Virus record (IMG/VR): IMGVR_UViG_3300024996_000120
Coordinates: 1 to 37,950 of that record
Direction: 5' to 3' (one strand)
From: a virus
Lineage: Duplodnaviria > Caudoviricetes
Length of the DNA stretch: 37,950 nt
This document shows, in pieces, positions 33,724-37,950 of this stretch. Every line of letters starts with the position of its first letter. Positions within the stretch are counted from its first letter, which is position 1. The notes beneath the pieces were generated by a model, which ran no database searches, had not been told where the DNA came from, and saw nothing but the letters and a program-made list of their open reading frames with translations. Position numbers and translations under genes: made by a program.

Positions 33724-35926
33724 GGGCGGCGCTGTCACCATCGGCTACCGCGAGAACATGGGCATGCACCTGGGCTTCTGCCGGGGGCCGGTGGATGCGC
33801 TGCTGGAAGTCACCGGCGATGGCAAGACGGCCTGGTCGGGCAATCAGACCGCTTCCGGCGTGATCGCGATCAACGCGCCGAACCTGTACGGCGGCGAGAA
33901 GAAAGAAGGCGGGCTGCAGGGCACGCTCTACGTGATGATGGGCGAGGCCGACCAGATGCCCAACGACTACCTCGCCGCGCAGCAGGTCGGCTTGCAGCCC
34001 GGCTACCGCGGCCTGTTTACGGGCGTGTTCGTCGGCCTGGTCGGCGCCATTACGCCGTATATCAAGCCCATCGGTGCGCGCGTGCGGCGCGCGCTGAAGG
34101 GCTGGTACAACGATGATTGCTGGGAGCCGACGCTGGCGCAGGTCGATCGCGGCATGAACGGCGTACACATCATCATGCAGGTGCTGACCGACCCGGAGGT
34201 CGGCGCCGGCATGGACCGCAATACGGACATCGACCTGGACAACTTCCGCGCGGCGGCGGTGACCGCCAAGGCCGAGGATCTCGGATTGTGCCTCGGGTGG
34301 CGCGCTTCCACGCCCGTGGACAACTTCGTGGCGACCGTCTGCGATCACCTCGGCGCCATGATGACGGAAGATCCCGAGACCCTGAAGCAACAGATCGTGC
34401 TGGTGCGCGGCGGCTATGACGTCGATTCGCTGGTGCAGGTCGACGAGAGCAACATCATCGAGCTGACCCGGTTCCAGCAGACCTTGCTGGCCGATACGGT
34501 CAACGAAGTGATCGCCAAGTACCGCGAGCAACCGAGCAACAAGGACGCCAACACCGCGCCGGCGCAGAACCTGGCCAACATCCAGGCGCAGGGCCGAAAA
34601 GTCTCCCAGAGCATCGAATACCCCGGCTTCTACAAAGCCAGCCAGGCCAACCTGGCCGCCGTGCGCGATTGCAACGCCAAGAGCTTCCTGGGCGCCACAG
34701 GCGAACTGGTAGTGAAGAGCAGCTTGTGGCGCATCAAGCGCGGCGACGTGATCGCGTTTTCGTGGAAGCGCAAGGGCATCGTCAAGATGCCGCTGCGCGT
34801 GCTGGAGGTTCGCCGCGGCGATCGACCGAACCGTCCGATCACGATCACGTTCGCGCAGGACGCATACGGCCGGCCGCAGACCGTTTATATCGCCAGCCAG
34901 CCGACCGGCTGGGTGCCGCCCGACACCGCGCCGCACCCGATCACCGTGCAGCGCCTGGTGGAAGCCAGCTACCGCGATCTGGCTGCCACGCTGCGCCCGG
35001 CCGACCTGGCCGCCATCACCTCGCTGGCGGGCTACGTCGGCGCGCTGGCCGTACGGCCCGCCGGCGTGCCGCTCAATTACACGCTCACCACGCGCGTGGG
35101 CACCACGGGCGCCTTCGCCGAGGTCGCCAGCGGCGACTTCACGCCCACCGGCCTGCTCGGCGCGGCCATGCCGATCGGCGCCGTGGCGGTAGCCATCACG
35201 CTTACCGGCGCCCGCAACCTCGACCTGGTCGCAGTAGGCAGCGAGGCGCTGATCGACGACGAGACCTTCCGCGTCGACGCGATCGATCCCATCGCGGGCA
35301 CCGCGACGCTCGCCCGCGGCTGCGTTGACACGGTGCCGGCATTGCACGCGCTCGGCGCGCGCGTGTGGTTCACCGACGACTACACCGCGGCCGACCGCAC
35401 CGAATACACCACCGGCGAAACCGTACAGGCCCAGCTGCTCACCCGCGCCGGCGCCGGCCTGCTCGATCCCGCGCTGGCCACCACGGCCAGCCTGGTGCTC
35501 AACAAGCGCCAGATCCGCCCGTACCCGCCCGGCGCGCTGAAGATCGCCGGCGTGGCCTATCCCGCCCTGGTCGAGGGCGCGCTGGCGCTCACCTGGGCGC
35601 ACCGCGACCGCACCCTGCAAGCCGACCAGCTCATCGACACCGCAGCGGCGAACATCGGCCCGGAAGCCGGCACCACCTACACCGTGGCCGTGTACCTCAA
35701 CGGCGTGCTCGACAGCACCGCCAGCGGCATCGCCGCCACCACCCTCACGCCAACGGTGAGCGGCGACGGCACCGTGCGCGTGGATGTCACCGCGCAGCGC
35801 GACGGCTACAGCAGCTGGCAGGCGCTCAGCGCCACATTCGACTATTACCGCACGCCGCGCCGGCTCACCGAATCCGGCGAGCTGCGCGTCACTGAATCCG
35901 GCGCCCAGCGCATCGTGGAGACCTGA
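33716..35926 (+). CDS. central tail tip / host-specificity protein (J-like, Phage-tail_3)
   Basis: MGKGGAVTIGYR..CRGPVD..LYGGEKKEGG..YRGL..; GGAGG SD; 736 aa. Confidence 0.85.
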   Translation: MGKGGAVTIGYRENMGMHLGFCRGPVDALLEVTGDGKTAWSGNQTASGVIAINAPNLYGGEKKEGGLQGTLYVMMGEADQMPNDYLAAQQVGLQPGYRGLFTGVFVGLVGAITPYIKPIGARVRRALKGWYNDDCWEPTLAQVDRGMNGVHIIMQVLTDPEVGAGMDRNTDIDLDNFRAAAVTAKAEDLGLCLGWRASTPVDNFVATVCDHLGAMMTEDPETLKQQIVLVRGGYDVDSLVQVDESNIIELTRFQQTLLADTVNEVIAKYREQPSNKDANTAPAQNLANIQAQGRKVSQSIEYPGFYKASQANLAAVRDCNAKSFLGATGELVVKSSLWRIKRGDVIAFSWKRKGIVKMPLRVLEVRRGDRPNRPITITFAQDAYGRPQTVYIASQPTGWVPPDTAPHPITVQRLVEASYRDLAATLRPADLAAITSLAGYVGALAVRPAGVPLNYTLTTRVGTTGAFAEVASGDFTPTGLLGAAMPIGAVAVAITLTGARNLDLVAVGSEALIDDETFRVDAIDPIAGTATLARGCVDTVPALHALGARVWFTDDYTAADRTEYTTGETVQAQLLTRAGAGLLDPALATTASLVLNKRQIRPYPPGALKIAGVAYPALVEGALALTWAHRDRTLQADQLIDTAAANIGPEAGTTYTVAVYLNGVLDSTASGIAATTLTPTVSGDGTVRVDVTAQRDGYSSWQALSATFDYYRTPRRLTESGELRVTESGAQRIVET

Positions 35927-35928
35927 TC

Positions 35929-36723
35929 ATGGCCCTGAAAATCTCGCAACTGACGCCCGTGGCCGCCGGCTCGCTCGATGGCAGCGAACCGGTGGAACTC
36001 GGCATTGCCGGCGACAAGAACGCCCCCAATGGCGCCTTCCTTCCGCCCGGCTACATCGACGGCTTGAAGGCGGTATGGGTCGGTCCCAACGCAATCACCT
36101 TCACCAACGGCGCGGCCTATATCCCCAGCCTGGGGCGGGTGGTGCGCGTGGGCGCCTCGATCGCGAAGGCCGGCCTGGCCCTAGCCGGCAATACGAAGTA
36201 TTACGCGTACCTCTGGATCAACGGCGCGGCCGCCGACGTCGAACTGTCGACGACGGCGCCATCGGCGCCCTACAACGGCACCGCACGAACGAAGACCGGA
36301 GATGCTTCACGCCGGTACCTGCGGATGGTCGTCACTGACGCGTCCGGCAATATCTATGCCTTCAAGCAGACGGGCCATCTGATCGAATACATGGCGAATA
36401 TCTATGCCGCGCCGTTTCTGGTGCTGAACGGTGCCAACGCCACCACGCCGACCGACATTTCATGCGCTGGTCTCGTACCCCCCACATCGCAGTCCGCACT
36501 CTTGACTGCTATCAATCAAGACCCGGGCGTTGCCGTGGTGCTCGGCACCAGCGATCAGGGCTATACGCTGGCAGCGAATGCATTCCAGGGATTCGTCAAC
36601 AACGGGAACTCGGTGCTCGGGTTCTTCAACCTCAATAGCGCGCAGGTACTGCAATACATGTTCCGCAGCAGTCCGTCAGGAACATTCGGCATGCGGGTCC
36701 AGGGCTACCTGGAGGAGCGCTGA
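35929..36723 (+). CDS. tail fibre / receptor-binding protein
   Basis: N-terminal KISQL..LDGSE motif, beta-rich C-terminus, followed by a fibre chaperone. Confidence 0.7.
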   Translation: MALKISQLTPVAAGSLDGSEPVELGIAGDKNAPNGAFLPPGYIDGLKAVWVGPNAITFTNGAAYIPSLGRVVRVGASIAKAGLALAGNTKYYAYLWINGAAADVELSTTAPSAPYNGTARTKTGDASRRYLRMVVTDASGNIYAFKQTGHLIEYMANIYAAPFLVLNGANATTPTDISCAGLVPPTSQSALLTAINQDPGVAVVLGTSDQGYTLAANAFQGFVNNGNSVLGFFNLNSAQVLQYMFRSSPSGTFGMRVQGYLEER

Positions 36724-36725
36724 CC

Positions 36726-37022
36726 ATGTACGCCATCACCGCCACCAGCTTCCGCGCGATCGCTGATGCCGCTGACGCCCAGCCGGGCGAAACCGCCGTC
36801 GATGTGCTCCCCGCATCGCTGCTCACCACGCTGCAGGGCGCCGAGGTGCGCCAGCAGCGCGACACCGCGCTCCGCGCCTGCGACTGGACCCAATCCCCGG
36901 ACTCACCGCTGACCGCGGCGCAGAAGGCGGCATGCGCGGCCTACCGCCAGGCTCTGCGCGACGTGCCCGAGCAGGCCGGCTTCCCCGACACGATCGACTG
37001 GCCAGTGGCGCCGGCGATCTAG
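36726..37022 (+). CDS. tail fibre assembly chaperone
   Basis: VRQQRDTALRACDWTQSPDSPL...YRQALRDVPEQAGFP..IDWPVAP. Confidence 0.85.
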   Translation: MYAITATSFRAIADAADAQPGETAVDVLPASLLTTLQGAEVRQQRDTALRACDWTQSPDSPLTAAQKAACAAYRQALRDVPEQAGFPDTIDWPVAPAI

Positions 37023-37029
37023 AAAAAAC

Positions 37030-37155
37030 GGAGCGCCGGGCTGCGTCAACAGCCCGGCCTCTCTCCACGACAGGACGTGGATCAAGCGCGGCCCCTTCGG
37101 TGATCACCGCGGGGCCAGCGTAAGAAACCTCGATCTCAGAAGTGGAGACAGCAGC
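37030..37155 (+). promoter_or_regulatory. structured leader of the methyltransferase gene (three hairpins, anti-SD)
   Basis: Stems 37035-37058, 37064-37081 and 37090-37116; TCTCCAC (37062-37068) is complementary to SD-containing GTGGAGA (37142-37148). Confidence 0.55.
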
Positions 37156-37950
37156 ATGGCTCAACCGATCATCCCGTGGCTTGGCGGCAAACGTCGCCTC
37201 GCCGATCGACTGTTCAAGTTCTTTCCCAACACGCATACGTGCTATGTCGAGCCCTTCGCAGGCGGTGCGGCGCTGTTCTTCCTCAAGCCGCCCAGCGACG
37301 TCGAAGTGCTCAACGACATCAACGGCGACCTGATCAACCTCTACCGCGTGGTGCAGAACCACCTAGAGGAGTTCGTCCGGCAGTTCAAATGGGCGCTGAG
37401 CAGCCGCAAGGTGTTCGAGTGGCTCAAGATGACCCGCCCCGAGACGCTGACCGACATCCAGCGTGCCGCGCGCTTCTACTACCTCCAGCAGAGCGCCTTC
37501 GGCGGCAAGGTCGAAGGGCAGAACTATGGCACCGCCACCACCGCTCCGCCTGGCCTCAATCTCCTGCGCATCGAGGAGACCCTGTCCGCCGCTCACCTCC
37601 GGCTGGCAAACGCCTACATCGAGCATTTGCCGTGGCAGGCGGTCATGGCCAAGTACGACCGGCCGCACACCTTGTTCTTCATCGACCCGCCGTACTGGGA
37701 GACCGAGGGATACGGCGTGGAGTTCGCTTGGGACCAATACCAGGCGCTCGCGGCCACGCTGGCCACCATCCAAGGCAAGGCCATCTTGACCCTCAACGAC
37801 CATCCCGCGATCCGTGAGCTGTTCGCCAGCTTCGGCATCGAGCGCGCCGACCACTCCTACACGGTCGGCGGCGGCGCCAGGGCCAAGGACGTCAGCGAGG
37901 TCTTCATCTTCAGCTGGGACGTCCAGGCCGAGCCGGCCGGCCTGTTTTAG
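37156..37950 (+). CDS. DNA adenine methyltransferase, D12/Dam family
   Basis: PWLGGKRRL, YVEPFAGGAA, EVLNDING, FFIDPPYW motifs; occupies the Mu mom position. Confidence 0.92.
   Translation: MAQPIIPWLGGKRRLADRLFKFFPNTHTCYVEPFAGGAALFFLKPPSDVEVLNDINGDLINLYRVVQNHLEEFVRQFKWALSSRKVFEWLKMTRPETLTDIQRAARFYYLQQSAFGGKVEGQNYGTATTAPPGLNLLRIEETLSAAHLRLANAYIEHLPWQAVMAKYDRPHTLFFIDPPYWETEGYGVEFAWDQYQALAATLATIQGKAILTLNDHPAIRELFASFGIERADHSYTVGGGARAKDVSEVFIFSWDVQAEPAGLF

Larger units (their letters stand above)
1..37950. mobile_element. Mu-like transposable prophage/phage, B3-type organisation, siphovirus-type tail; ends lie outside the window
   Basis: DDE transposase + AAA ATPase + GemA + Mor in a leftward operon; divergent repressor; Mu-type head gene order (gp25-gp31, I/Z, capsid, gp36, gp37); tail tube, chaperone and tape measure with no sheath or baseplate. 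Confidence 0.96.

Noticed and set aside
29037-36723. Diversity-generating retroelement acting on tail genes
   Set aside because: No reverse transcriptase ORF and no template/variable repeat pair seen
35929-37155. Gin/G-segment invertible tail fibre cassette or com gene
   Set aside because: No serine invertase, no inverted second fibre gene and no zinc-finger ORF before the MTase
1-37950. CRISPR array, tRNA/rRNA genes, Mu terminal TG..CA ends with transposase-binding repeats
   Set aside because: No spaced direct repeats or cloverleaf seen by eye; the window is clipped at the first and last stop codons, so the ends are outside it

Overview
The window is almost the whole coding content of a high-GC Mu-like (transposable) temperate phage or prophage. 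It has the B3/BcepMu-type layout and a non-contractile (siphovirus-type) tail. It runs from the stop codon of a Mor/C-family activator (pos. 1) to the stop codon of a Dam-family adenine methyltransferase (pos. 37950), so the Mu-type ends and host flanks are not visible. Leftward early operon (10640 to 1): Ner/Cro-like regulator, IclR-type HTH, DUF3102, DDE transposase A, AAA+ transposase B, DUF3164, DUF2786, GemA, Mor and many small ORFs. Rightward arm: CI-like repressor, three-gene accessory block (including a lipoprotein), lysis genes, TraR/DksA zinc finger, terminase, portal, MuF, G, protease/scaffold, capsid, tail and MTase. The most interesting signals are non-coding: (1) a 21-bp motif shared by the two putative late promoters, one apparently driving a leaderless mRNA; (2) a terminator hairpin with an exposed anti-Shine-Dalgarno loop between the lysis promoter and the endolysin, a possible small RNA or attenuator; (3) a three-hairpin leader with alternative anti-SD pairing before the MTase, at the Mu com/mom position; (4) a structured spacer after the major capsid gene. 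Protein-level leads are the repressor-linked accessory block, a holin-less endolysin with a C-terminal membrane segment, a two-start transposase B and beta-clamp-like motifs in early proteins. Family names come from motif recall and synteny, not database searches.
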